A DNA stretch of 64,000 nt. Origin: Candidatus Dojkabacteria bacterium (GTDB taxonomy: Bacteria; Patescibacteriota; Dojkabacteria; B142; JAFGFJ01). Shown piece after piece: positions 27,592 to 36,715 of the stretch; position 1 is the first letter of the stretch; each line of letters begins with the position of its first letter. The notes under the pieces are model-generated. The model ran no database searches and was not told the DNA's origin. It saw only the letters and a list, made by a program, of their open reading frames with translations. A program made the translations under genes and the position numbers. The stretch covers positions 141,115 to 205,114 of the forward strand of contig JAFGFJ010000006.1 in NCBI GenBank assembly GCA_016931155.1, read 5' to 3'.

Positions 27592-28548
27592 ATGAACAAC
27601 AATATCGACAATCTACAATCGGGAGAAGTAGTAATGGGGAGGAGAAGTGCTTTAAAGGTTATTGCAATGGCTGTTGTCGCTGGTATCAGTTCAGCCTGTA
27701 GCAGGTTAAAAACAACTTTACCAACTCCCACAGACAGTGTTTCTACTCAAGTAGGAACTGTAGAACCAGCTACTCAGGTTCTTACAGCTACAGTCACACC
27801 GACTGAGGCGCCAACGGCTACTCCGACTGAGGTGGTTCCTACCCCCGAGCCCCTGGCAATTCCAGAGGTGGAAGATAGTTTGGTGTTTAGTTATAGGACT
27901 ATAACACAAATAGTTAAAAATGAACCTGGGTCTTTTGGTCCTGAAACCATCATTATTGATCAAGATAGTCGCCTGCCCATTCCTATTGGTAAAATTGACC
28001 CCGAGACAGCTAACCCCAGAGTCCTTGAAGCTTTGTCAAAATGGGAAGAGCTTTATGGTATTTGCGGGGTTGTTTTAAGTGTCGATAAAGATGACTCTGT
28101 ACCAAATATCTGGTACATCACCCTGAGGACAAAGACCCCCAATCGCACCCCCTTCATAGTTAATGCTCGATTTGATAATAAAGTTTCATTTGATCCACGT
28201 AACCAAGATTTTGATCCGGTGGGAGACCAAGATGAAGACAGCATTACATTACACGGCATTAATTCAGTGTTTTCACCAGATAAAATAGTTACTCCTACGG
28301 GGGCAGTCATTGGGCCGGGAACAATAATAGCTTTTCCTATTGAAAATCCCACTGCCGCGAGCAATGACCCCATTGGAATTGCTTTTCAGATTAATGCTAT
28401 GGCAAATGGGGTTGAGGATGGTACACCAAGTAAAATTTTTGACCAAATTGACAATGGAATCATTGATCCGGAAAATGCTTTTTTGCACACTCTGGCTCAT
28501 GAAATAATTATTTATATTCAAAAAGACAGACTTCTCAATCGTAGTTAA
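27592..28548 (+). CDS. Putative lipoprotein with twin-arginine-like signal and Pro/Thr linker
   Basis: GRRSALK, hydrophobic core, ISSAC; TPTEAPTATPTEVVPTPEP linker. Confidence 0.65.
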   Translation: MNNNIDNLQSGEVVMGRRSALKVIAMAVVAGISSACSRLKTTLPTPTDSVSTQVGTVEPATQVLTATVTPTEAPTATPTEVVPTPEPLAIPEVEDSLVFSYRTITQIVKNEPGSFGPETIIIDQDSRLPIPIGKIDPETANPRVLEALSKWEELYGICGVVLSVDKDDSVPNIWYITLRTKTPNRTPFIVNARFDNKVSFDPRNQDFDPVGDQDEDSITLHGINSVFSPDKIVTPTGAVIGPGTIIAFPIENPTAASNDPIGIAFQINAMANGVEDGTPSKIFDQIDNGIIDPENAFLHTLAHEIIIYIQKDRLLNRS

Positions 28549-28635
28549 TTCATCATATACTATATTTATGAAGCCCAAAGTTATGTTGGCTGATGGTTTA
28601 TTGATTTTGACTCTTTTTGCTAGTTATTGGAGCTT

Positions 28636-29499
28636 TTATGATGCTAAAATCCCGTAGATTCTATCCAGTTCCTTGTCGTTCTTGAAGGGGATTATAATTT
28701 TTCCGCCTCGTTTTGACCTCGAAACAGAAATTTTGGAGTTAAACTTCTTACTAAGGAACAACTCGATTGAACCTACGAGTGTGTCGGTTGTCGGTTCATC
28801 GACTGCTTCAGCGGGTGATTTATCCTTTGATTTTGAAAGGAGTCTCCTTACAAGCTCTTCAGTTGCTCTTACACTTATCTGATTTTTTACGACAAGAGCG
28901 TAGGTTGCAATCATAGCCTGCGGTTCATGGAGTCCAAGAAGTGCCCTTGCATGTCCTTCGCTTATTGTTCCTTCCAGAAGTCCCTTTTTAAGTTCATCGG
29001 GAAGTGTAAGTAGTCTGATTTTATTTGCAATTGCTGGTCTTGAGTATCCAACCTTGTTTGAGATTTCCTCATGACCCATATTGAAGTGCTTTACCATTTG
29101 ATCAAAGGCAAGTGCTTCTTCAAGAGGATTCAGATCCTGCCGCTGAATATTTTCAACGACTGCAAGTTCGAGCATCTGCTGAGGAGAAGCTTCAAGAACA
29201 ACAACAGCTACGGTTTCTGCTCCGGCAAGTTTTGCAGCTCTTAATCTTCTCTCTCCAGCAATAAGCTGAAACTGTGAGGGTGATATTCTTTTTACAATAA
29301 GGGGCTCGATTATTCCGTGCTCTCTAATAGAATCGGTGAGTTCAACAAGGGTTTCAGGCTTTATTTCTATTCTTGGCTGATAGGGGTTTGGCTCAATGTT
29401 GTCTATCGGAAGATTTGGTATATATGCTTGATCGGAGGAATCAAGAGAACCTTCTGAAATCAGTGCAGAGAGACCTTTCCCAAGTCCTATTTTGTTCAT
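28636..29499 (-). CDS. parB: Chromosome partitioning protein ParB
   Basis: GLGKGLSALI, PNPYQPR, LIAGERRLRAA, ENIQRQDLNPLEEA, SEGHARALL. Confidence 0.97.
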   Translation of the reverse strand: MNKIGLGKGLSALISEGSLDSSDQAYIPNLPIDNIEPNPYQPRIEIKPETLVELTDSIREHGIIEPLIVKRISPSQFQLIAGERRLRAAKLAGAETVAVVVLEASPQQMLELAVVENIQRQDLNPLEEALAFDQMVKHFNMGHEEISNKVGYSRPAIANKIRLLTLPDELKKGLLEGTISEGHARALLGLHEPQAMIATYALVVKNQISVRATEELVRRLLSKSKDKSPAEAVDEPTTDTLVGSIELFLSKKFNSKISVSRSKRGGKIIIPFKNDKELDRIYGILAS

Positions 29500-29501
29500 A
29501 A

Positions 29502-30071
29502 TTATTTCTCTTGGGCTAAAATACTAAATGATCCATCGCTGTCTTTTGCAAATTCTAAAACTCTAAATGTTCTCGATAACTTATTTTTAATATCTTTTTC
29601 TTCCAGGATAAGATGGTCAGACATTTTATTTTTTTCAGTGTCTTTTGAAGGGACAACAAGCCAGAAAAGTCCGCCGTCTTTTAAAATTCTGTTTATCTCC
29701 CTCAAAATATCATCAAACTGCTTATCACTAGAGTACTCTAATGTGTGTACTGCAACAACTGCGTCAAATGAAGAATCAGCAATTCCTGCAATATGTTCAT
29801 GGATATCTGCTATTAGAAGTTCTGCATGTAGATTTTTACTTTGAAGCCAATCTCTTGTGAGCTGGATAGCAGCAGGGGAGAAGTCAACTCCAAGTACTGA
29901 GAAACCCTTTTCAGCAAAGGAGATTGTGTGTCTTCCGGTTCCACATCCCATATCAAAAATACTATGGACATCATAGGTTTTGAATCGATTCGCTATCCTT
30001 TCAAAGTACTCGTGTTCCTTCAAGTAGAAGCGTCCGTGTTTTCGATAGAAGTCAGACCATTTTTTGCTCAT
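29502..30071 (-). CDS. Class I SAM-dependent methyltransferase
   Basis: FDMGCGTGRH, GVDFS, FDAVVA, RILKDGG. Confidence 0.9.
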   Translation of the reverse strand: MSKKWSDFYRKHGRFYLKEHEYFERIANRFKTYDVHSIFDMGCGTGRHTISFAEKGFSVLGVDFSPAAIQLTRDWLQSKNLHAELLIADIHEHIAGIADSSFDAVVAVHTLEYSSDKQFDDILREINRILKDGGLFWLVVPSKDTEKNKMSDHLILEEKDIKNKLSRTFRVLEFAKDSDGSFSILAQEK

Positions 30072-30167
30072 ACGAAGTAGAGTTGAGATAATGTTATTAT
30101 AAATAGAAGGTGCCGGACTTGCAAACAGATAGTTGGTAAATTGGTGTGAATAGGATTTGTATAGAGA

Positions 30168-30956
30168 CTAGCCTATTTCTCCTGACAGTATTTCTTTAGC
30201 AAGTTTTTCATATGATTTTGCCCCTTCGGAAGACCTGTCATAAAGAGTAATTGGTTTCCCATGAGAGGGGGATTCGGATAGACGGACATTTCTTGGGATA
30301 ATTGTCTTGAATACTTTATCTTTGAAAAATCTGTTGACTTCCTCAACTATCTCCTTTGAAAGTCTTGTTCTTGAATCAAACATCGTGAGTACTACCCCTT
30401 TTAGTTCAAGGGTGGAATTTAAATTCTTTTTAACTATGTTAAATGTATTTATGAGTTGTCCAAGCCCTTCCAGGGCAAAGTATTCGCACTGAACTGGAAT
30501 TATCAGTTGTTCTGCAGCGACAAGTGCATTGATTGTTAAAAGACCGAGGGAAGGTGGGCAATCAATCAGAATATAATCAAATTGATCATTAACTGTAGCG
30601 ATTTTTCTTTTCAGGATTGTTTCTCTGCTCATCATACTAACCAGTTCAATTTCTGCTCCTGCAAGTTCGATACCAGAGGGAACTAAATAGAGGTTTTCAA
30701 TCTGAGTTGATACAAAAACGTTGGAAAGTTCCTTGTCTCCAATTAACACTTCATATACAGTTTTATTCTTAGTTTTTTCAGGGATAGACTTTTCATCTCC
30801 ATGAACGGAATAGCCTGTGCCGGAAGTAAGATTCGCTTGTGGATCAAGGTCGATTAGAAGGACTTTCTTTCCCATTTCTGCAAGGTAGCTTCCCAGATTA
30901 AGTACAGTAGTTGTTTTTCCGACCCCTCCTTTTTGATTTGAAAAAACTATTATCAT
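30168..30956 (-). CDS. parA: ParA/Soj ATPase
   Basis: NQKGGVGKTTT, DLDPQAN, IDCPPSLG, PVQCEYFALEG, PRNVRLSESPSHG. Confidence 0.97.
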   Translation of the reverse strand: MIIVFSNQKGGVGKTTTVLNLGSYLAEMGKKVLLIDLDPQANLTSGTGYSVHGDEKSIPEKTKNKTVYEVLIGDKELSNVFVSTQIENLYLVPSGIELAGAEIELVSMMSRETILKRKIATVNDQFDYILIDCPPSLGLLTINALVAAEQLIIPVQCEYFALEGLGQLINTFNIVKKNLNSTLELKGVVLTMFDSRTRLSKEIVEEVNRFFKDKVFKTIIPRNVRLSESPSHGKPITLYDRSSEGAKSYEKLAKEILSGEIG

Positions 30957-30968
30957 TTAAGGCATGTG

Positions 30969-31619
30969 CTATTCTGATGGATTTCTGTCTACTTCCTGAT
31001 ACTTTCCGGTTTCGATTATTCCGAATCTATTCAAAGGCCAGTATCTTAAAAAAACTTTTCCTTTAATGTATTTTCTCGCCACGAAACCTACATCTGAAAA
31101 CCTTGAGTCCTTGCTATTATCTCTATTATCGCCCATTACAAAATATGAATCTTCCGGGACTCTTTTTGTTTCTCCTTCTGCCAGAAAAGAAGCTCCTTTT
31201 GTCGGTTCATTAATATATTCTTCGATAATTATTTTCCCGTTCACGACTGGCTTACCTTCCTCTATTGAGATTGTGTCTCCAGGTTTTGCAATTACTCTTT
31301 TGATGAAATCAGATTTTCCAGGTTCTTTAAATATAATGACATCACCTCTCTTGTAATTGTACTCAAGATTTTCCCCTATTGCTGTATCACCAAGGTACTG
31401 AATAATCTTATTTGTTAAGAGCAATTCGTTGTTGTAAAAATTTGGTTCCATTGACTGACCATCAACTTGATTTGGTATAGCGATGAAAAGATAGATAACA
31501 ACTACAATTGCGAGAGCAATTACAATTGTTTGAATAAAATCAACTACGACACCGGCACTACCAGTTGTGATAGTTGGAGCGTGGAGAAAAGGATTTTCCT
31601 GTTGTTTCTGCTTGTTCAT
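30969..31619 (-). CDS. lepB: Signal peptidase I
   Basis: GQSMEP (Ser), FIKRVI (Lys), MGDNRDNSKDSR. Confidence 0.96.
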   Translation of the reverse strand: MNKQKQQENPFLHAPTITTGSAGVVVDFIQTIVIALAIVVVIYLFIAIPNQVDGQSMEPNFYNNELLLTNKIIQYLGDTAIGENLEYNYKRGDVIIFKEPGKSDFIKRVIAKPGDTISIEEGKPVVNGKIIIEEYINEPTKGASFLAEGETKRVPEDSYFVMGDNRDNSKDSRFSDVGFVARKYIKGKVFLRYWPLNRFGIIETGKYQEVDRNPSE

Positions 31620-31646
31620 TACAATCTTTAATATAAACTAAAATTT

Positions 31647-34600
31647 TTACTTTATCTCGAAGGTTAGTTTTTCCCCGTTCAGATTTATCTCATTTTTTTG
31701 TGGTGTATCTGATTCTATTATCTCATCAGCTGAGATGCCTTGTTTCAGCTCTTCATTGAGTGCTGCAAAAAACTCTTTAATCATTATACTTTCAGTATAA
31801 ATCTGGAGTTTGATTTTGTCCCCAATTTTCAACCCCTGTTTTTTTCTGGCTGCCTGAACAGTCCTTATGATTTCTCTAAGTGTTCCTTCCCGCCTGAGTT
31901 CTTCGGTAAGGGTGGTGTTTAGTGACACAGCGAGGTGTCCATTCATTGCTGCTTCTGTTATCCACCCTTTCTCTGCTGGTGACTCCTGTATTTCCTTTAC
32001 TTCCTTTACGTTAAGTTCTTCTTTAATAAGCTCTTTCATCCAGTCTTTTAAGTCCTGATCCTTTGTGTTACTTTTCACATAAGCAGCTGCAAGAGGCTGG
32101 CGGACTTTTGTGCCTGAGTTTATCCTTGCAGCCTGTCCCAAATTCACTATATCACGTACAATTTTCATCTCCGTTAGAAGCGGAGCATTCTTCTCCAGAA
32201 ATTCTATATCATCTTGAGGGTATGATGTCAGGTGTATTGATTCTTCAACTTCTATTAATTGGCTTTTTACCAGATTCTCATACATAGCCTCAGTAATGAA
32301 GGGTGCGAAAGGTGCAAGAAGTTTGATAAATTCAATAAGAACAAAGTAAAGAGTTTCAAAGGCCTTTATTTCTCCTTCTGCAAATCTGTCTCTGGATCTT
32401 CTTATGTACCATTTAGAGATATCTTCAAGAAGAGGAGAGAATTCTCTCGCAGCTGAGGGAATCTGGTATTCCTGCATGGCATTAGTTACTGCTTTTATTG
32501 TCTCCTGAAGTCTTGCTACAATCCATGTGTCGAGCTGATTATCGAGTTTCAGGGGTACTTTATAATTACAGAGACTCTCCTTGTCTTTCTGACTTGAAAA
32601 TGCGTTTGTTACCAGACTATTATTTGGGCTCCATTTGTGAATTTCGGCGTACGTTATGAGAAAAGAGTAACTATTCCACAGCATTAGAATAAAATTCTTT
32701 ATCTGATCTGCAATTTCTTCTTCATTTATATTCACATCATCTCCAACCATAACTTTACTCCCCATAAGATAAAGTCTTAAAGCATCTCCACCATATTTTT
32801 TAATTGTTTCTTTAGGATCCGGATAATTGCCATAATTTTTACTCATTTTTCTTCCATCATTCCCGAAAATTACACCTGTAGTGACAACATTCTTGAAGCT
32901 ATTTGTATCAAACATTGCTGTTGAAACAACGTGCATAACATAAAACCACGCTCTTGTTTGTGCGATATATTCAACTATGAAGTCAGCGGGGAAGTTCTTC
33001 TCAAAACTCTCCTTGTTTTCGAAGGGATAGTGAATCTGGGCATAAGGCATAGATGCACTATCCAACCACACATCAAGAACCTCTTTTATCCTGTGCATAT
33101 CCTTGCCGCATTTTTCGCATTTTACTACTATCTCGTCAATTTTTGGTCTGTGGAAATCAACTATGGTCTGGCCGGAAGCCTCTTCTATTTCTTTCTTTGA
33201 CCCAAAGACCATTGTATGACTGCATTCCGATCCGTTCTCGTGTCTCCATACAGGCATTGGCGTTGCCCAGTATCTTGTTCTTGATATGCACCAGTCAGGA
33301 GCGGAATCAATTCCTACCTTAAATCTGCCAGTCTTTAGATGATCTGGAACCCAATTTATCTTTTCGTTATTTTTCAGAAGACTTTGTTTCATATCCTGGA
33401 TGTTGATGAACCAGGAATCCTGTGCCCGGTGAATAAGGGGAGTCTGGCATCTCCAGCAGTAGGGATATCTATGTACTATTTTTTCATTATTGAACAACAA
33501 CTTCCTACTCTGCAGCTCCTCAACAATGTTTTTGTCTGCTTCTTTTACATAAATTCCTGCCCAGGGCTTAACCTCAGAGACGAACTTACCTGCATCATCC
33601 ACTCCGGTCATTATTGTAAGACCGGTTTCTCTTCCCATCTCTGTATCGATTTCTCCAAAGCCGGGGGCAGAGTGAACAATTCCTGTTCCTTCTTCCATGT
33701 GTACCATTCCTTTGAAAGAATATACTTTCCAGTCTTTGGAGTTGGGGGGAAAAAACTTGTACGGAGGTTCGTATTCGAGTCCGGTAAGCTCTTTGCCTTT
33801 AAAAGTATCAAGTATTTTATACTTTTCTTCTCCAGTAAATTTTTCACTAAAAACATATTCAAGTCTCTTTTTCGCAATAATTACTTTTTCTCCTTTAAAT
33901 CCGGCTATTACATAATCCTCTTCTTCATCAACAACTAATGCTCTGTTTGAAGGCAGTGTCCAGGGAGTAGTGGTCCAGGCGAGTATATATGTGTCTTTGA
34001 ATTTGCTCCCGTTTTTTACTTTAAATTTGACTGTCACTGCCGGATCTTCCATGTCAGTGTAGGAGTTGTCCATTGCAATTTCAAAGTTTGAAACAGGCGT
34101 TCCGCATCTCGTACAGTAAAGGGAAGTCCTTACTCCCTCGTATATAAATCCTTTATCGTAAAGTTGCTTGAAGACCCAGATTACAGACTCCATATAATTT
34201 TGATCGATTGTTTTGTATGCATTTTTGAAGTCAACCCAGCGTCCAATGTGATCGACGTACCATTCCCATTCTGCGGAAGTCTCCTCGGTGTATTTGTAGC
34301 ATTCGTCAATAAATTTCTGGATTCCGTAGCTTTCAATATCTCGACGGTTTTTAAGTTCCAGTTTTTTTTCCACTTTGTTTTCTATTGGTAGTCCGTGAGC
34401 GTCCCATCCCCAAACTCTCTCAACTCTTTTTCCTTGCATAGTCTGATACCTCGGAACAACGTCCTTTGCGATACTTGGGAGAAGAGAGCCGTAATGAGGG
34501 GTTCCAGTGATAAATGGAGGTCCATCGTAAAAAACATACTTGTTTTCCTCCGGTCTGCTTTCGACCGATTTTTCAAAGATTTTTCTGTCCTTCCAGAATT

Positions 34601-34658
34601 TCAGGATTTGTTCCTCCTGCTCTGCGAAATTTTGTCTTGGGTTTATTTTCTTAAACAT
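31647..34658 (-). CDS. ileS: Isoleucyl-tRNA synthetase, type 2
   Basis: DGPPFITGTPHYGS, GWDAHGLPIE, WTTTPWTLP, DWCISRTRYW, QTRAWFY, KMSK; type-2 C-terminus without the zinc finger. Confidence 0.97.
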   Translation of the reverse strand: MFKKINPRQNFAEQEEQILKFWKDRKIFEKSVESRPEENKYVFYDGPPFITGTPHYGSLLPSIAKDVVPRYQTMQGKRVERVWGWDAHGLPIENKVEKKLELKNRRDIESYGIQKFIDECYKYTEETSAEWEWYVDHIGRWVDFKNAYKTIDQNYMESVIWVFKQLYDKGFIYEGVRTSLYCTRCGTPVSNFEIAMDNSYTDMEDPAVTVKFKVKNGSKFKDTYILAWTTTPWTLPSNRALVVDEEEDYVIAGFKGEKVIIAKKRLEYVFSEKFTGEEKYKILDTFKGKELTGLEYEPPYKFFPPNSKDWKVYSFKGMVHMEEGTGIVHSAPGFGEIDTEMGRETGLTIMTGVDDAGKFVSEVKPWAGIYVKEADKNIVEELQSRKLLFNNEKIVHRYPYCWRCQTPLIHRAQDSWFINIQDMKQSLLKNNEKINWVPDHLKTGRFKVGIDSAPDWCISRTRYWATPMPVWRHENGSECSHTMVFGSKKEIEEASGQTIVDFHRPKIDEIVVKCEKCGKDMHRIKEVLDVWLDSASMPYAQIHYPFENKESFEKNFPADFIVEYIAQTRAWFYVMHVVSTAMFDTNSFKNVVTTGVIFGNDGRKMSKNYGNYPDPKETIKKYGGDALRLYLMGSKVMVGDDVNINEEEIADQIKNFILMLWNSYSFLITYAEIHKWSPNNSLVTNAFSSQKDKESLCNYKVPLKLDNQLDTWIVARLQETIKAVTNAMQEYQIPSAAREFSPLLEDISKWYIRRSRDRFAEGEIKAFETLYFVLIEFIKLLAPFAPFITEAMYENLVKSQLIEVEESIHLTSYPQDDIEFLEKNAPLLTEMKIVRDIVNLGQAARINSGTKVRQPLAAAYVKSNTKDQDLKDWMKELIKEELNVKEVKEIQESPAEKGWITEAAMNGHLAVSLNTTLTEELRREGTLREIIRTVQAARKKQGLKIGDKIKLQIYTESIMIKEFFAALNEELKQGISADEIIESDTPQKNEINLNGEKLTFEIK

Positions 34659-34733
34659 TGTGAGTATTTGACTGTCAAGCTATCTCAGCAAAAAGATACT
34701 ACCACCTTTACTTCTGATTGGAAAGTTTTGGCA

Positions 34734-34955
34734 TTATTCCTCAGTCTCACTATCTTTTTTAGCTACTTCTCCTTCTATTACCTGTCCGTCTTTTTTTTCT
34801 TTTCCCAAAAGCTTGTCTCTTACGAGCTCAATAATTGCAGCAGTAAGAATAGCGATCAGGTCATCGAATAAAAGACCTGGAAGAAGATCAAGAGGCCATA
34901 TAAGGTATGCTATTGCGAGGATAAGAATAAAATGTTTTTTTATAAAATTTTTCAT
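34734..34955 (-). CDS. DUF1232/YkvA-like small membrane protein
   Basis: AYLIWPLDLLPG...DDL motif. Confidence 0.75.
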   Translation of the reverse strand: MKNFIKKHFILILAIAYLIWPLDLLPGLLFDDLIAILTAAIIELVRDKLLGKEKKDGQVIEGEVAKKDSETEE

Positions 34956-35039
34956 AAAAGTATTGACTATTTTTTTCTAATTTGATTATTTAAATTGTAA
35001 GATAAATTACTTAATTTTATTCTACAGGATTTTTCTCAC

Positions 35040-35390
35040 ATGAGCGACGATAATAAAAATAATACACAAGTTGAAGACTTGGAAGAGCAGGATATTATAC
35101 CTGACGAAAATGATTTGGAAGAGATAGAGGATGAGTCAGGAGATCTGGAAAATGATGATCTGGATTTAGATGAAAATGAAGTTTCTGCAAGTGATCACTT
35201 TTATTCAGATGATGTTGCGGCTGCAGCAATAGCAGATGTAAACCTTGATCCAGACAAACTTATTCCTCACGACGAAGATCCGGTTACTTCGGGAGAGATG
35301 GAAATTGGAGATTTGGATATTGATGAAGATGATACTGATCTTTCAGGAAGCGATGATGAGGAAAACGATGCGACATTTGATATAGATTAA
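35040..35390 (+). CDS. Highly acidic, probably disordered protein
   Basis: About 40% Asp/Glu by hand count, only two Lys and no Arg in 116 aa. Confidence 0.7.
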   Translation: MSDDNKNNTQVEDLEEQDIIPDENDLEEIEDESGDLENDDLDLDENEVSASDHFYSDDVAAAAIADVNLDPDKLIPHDEDPVTSGEMEIGDLDIDEDDTDLSGSDDEENDATFDID

Positions 35391-35511
35391 CATTTTGATT
35401 GACTATCAATACTACGCAAGCTTCAGTGTACTGATCAGCAGGGCAGGGTTCTGTTTATCCATAAACCCAACATTTCTGCTGTTGCAGAAATAATTGTATT
35501 TAGATAAAAAA

Positions 35512-35637
35512 TGAGACAGTTGCGCTAATCTTTTTTGAGAAAGAACTGGGACACTAGGATGCTGTTAGGCTTTCATTTGTGTGTCCTGTGTACTATACCC
35601 CAGAGACTTTCTCGTTTAGCATTTTGCAACCATCTCA
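35512..35637. ncRNA. Candidate rod-shaped ncRNA of about 125 nt
   Basis: Nested helices 35512-23/35626-37, GCTAA/TTAGC, GAGAAAG/CTTTCTC, CTGGG/CCCAG, ACAC/GTGT and AGGATGC/GTGTCCT. Confidence 0.5.
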
Positions 35638-35893
35638 CTTATAATAACGGAAGTAATTTATTTTTTTCACACCTCTATTGTCTTGTTATATAGGCATAGG
35701 GAGTGAAGATGAAACGATAGAAAACGCATTGATGTTGTAGCTAAAAGGGTCGAATGGTTATGTAAAACAGGCGATATACAATGGGTTTTCAGTAGTTGTG
35801 GTCTATTTACAATTTAATTAAATCATTTCAAAAGCTGGGACTCAGAATTAGTGGTATTGTTTTTACAGGTTCTATTTTTTAACTTACAAAAAA

Positions 35894-36715
35894 ATGGTTG
35901 CAAATTATAGGGCAGTAGTTGAGTCAAATGAAAAAATAAATGCGAAGATATATAAGACCGTTTTTAGACTGATTGAACCAGTTTTAATGGAATTTAAGGC
36001 TGGACAGTTTATTAATATTTTGGTTGCTCCGAACACTAGAAGAAGCTATTCAATAGGTTCAAGTCCTGCACAAAACACAAAGCTGGATATCTATACCGAT
36101 GTGACCCCGGGGGGTCCAGGATCAAAATTTTTTGAGGCGGCAAAAGCTGGAGATGAAGCAAGCTTTATTGGTCCTCTTGGGCTATTTGTGTATGAGGATA
36201 ATGAAAATAGCAAAGCTATATTCATCGCAACAGGCACTGGGCTGGCTCCATTTTATTCAATGATTTGCTATGCTCTTGAGACCCTGAAATCCAAAAGAGA
36301 GATAAAGCTTTACTTGGGCTTTCGCTATGAGGAGGACTGCTTTCTATTGGATGAGTTGGAAATGCTTGAGGAAAAGTACTCCAATTTCAGTTTTTGTCTC
36401 ACGCTTTCAAAGCCTTCCGATTCGTGGAGGGGGAATTCAGGTTATGTAACAAAGTATCTGGAGCAGGATTTAAAGGAGGACTTAGGGGAGGATTTAAAGA
36501 GTGGCTTGAAACAAAATTTGAAGGATGAGTTGGATCAGGACTTGAGGCAAAATTTGAAGAAGGAATTAAACCAGCAAATAAAACAGGACTCAAAAAAGAA
36601 AGAACTTCTAGATGCTTATATCTGCGGAGGGCAGGCAATGATTACTTCTGTGAACGAATTTTTAATAAATAAAGGAATAAGTCCGGATAATATATATTCT
36701 GAAAAGTTTTTTTAA
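35894..36715 (+). CDS. FNR-family FAD/NAD(P)H oxidoreductase
   Basis: FKAGQF, RSYSIGS, GGPGS, GPLG, ATGTGLAP, YICG, C-terminal EKF. Confidence 0.92.
   Translation: MVANYRAVVESNEKINAKIYKTVFRLIEPVLMEFKAGQFINILVAPNTRRSYSIGSSPAQNTKLDIYTDVTPGGPGSKFFEAAKAGDEASFIGPLGLFVYEDNENSKAIFIATGTGLAPFYSMICYALETLKSKREIKLYLGFRYEEDCFLLDELEMLEEKYSNFSFCLTLSKPSDSWRGNSGYVTKYLEQDLKEDLGEDLKSGLKQNLKDELDQDLRQNLKKELNQQIKQDSKKKELLDAYICGGQAMITSVNEFLINKGISPDNIYSEKFF
36458..36592 (+). repeat. Degenerate 12-bp tandem repeat (about 11 units) inside the FNR gene
   Basis: LEQD LKED LGED LKSG LKQN LKDE LDQD LRQN LKKE LNQQ IKQD. Confidence 0.75.

Noticed and set aside
33339-34871. Long antisense ORFs (199 and 158 aa) opposite ileS, and similar shadow ORFs elsewhere
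   Set aside because: They lie opposite well-supported genes and have no motifs; expected shadows of codon bias.
35446-35613. RNase P RNA: the minus strand has GAGAAAGUC and ACAGAACCC, resembling conserved regions I and V
   Set aside because: The two segments cannot form P4 (AGUCUCUG versus CCCUGCC), the other conserved regions are not evident, and the GAGAAAG segment is already paired in the rod.
35512-35637. SRP (4.5S) RNA
   Set aside because: Size and shape fit, but the helix-8 CAGG/GNRA/AGCAG signature is absent on both strands.
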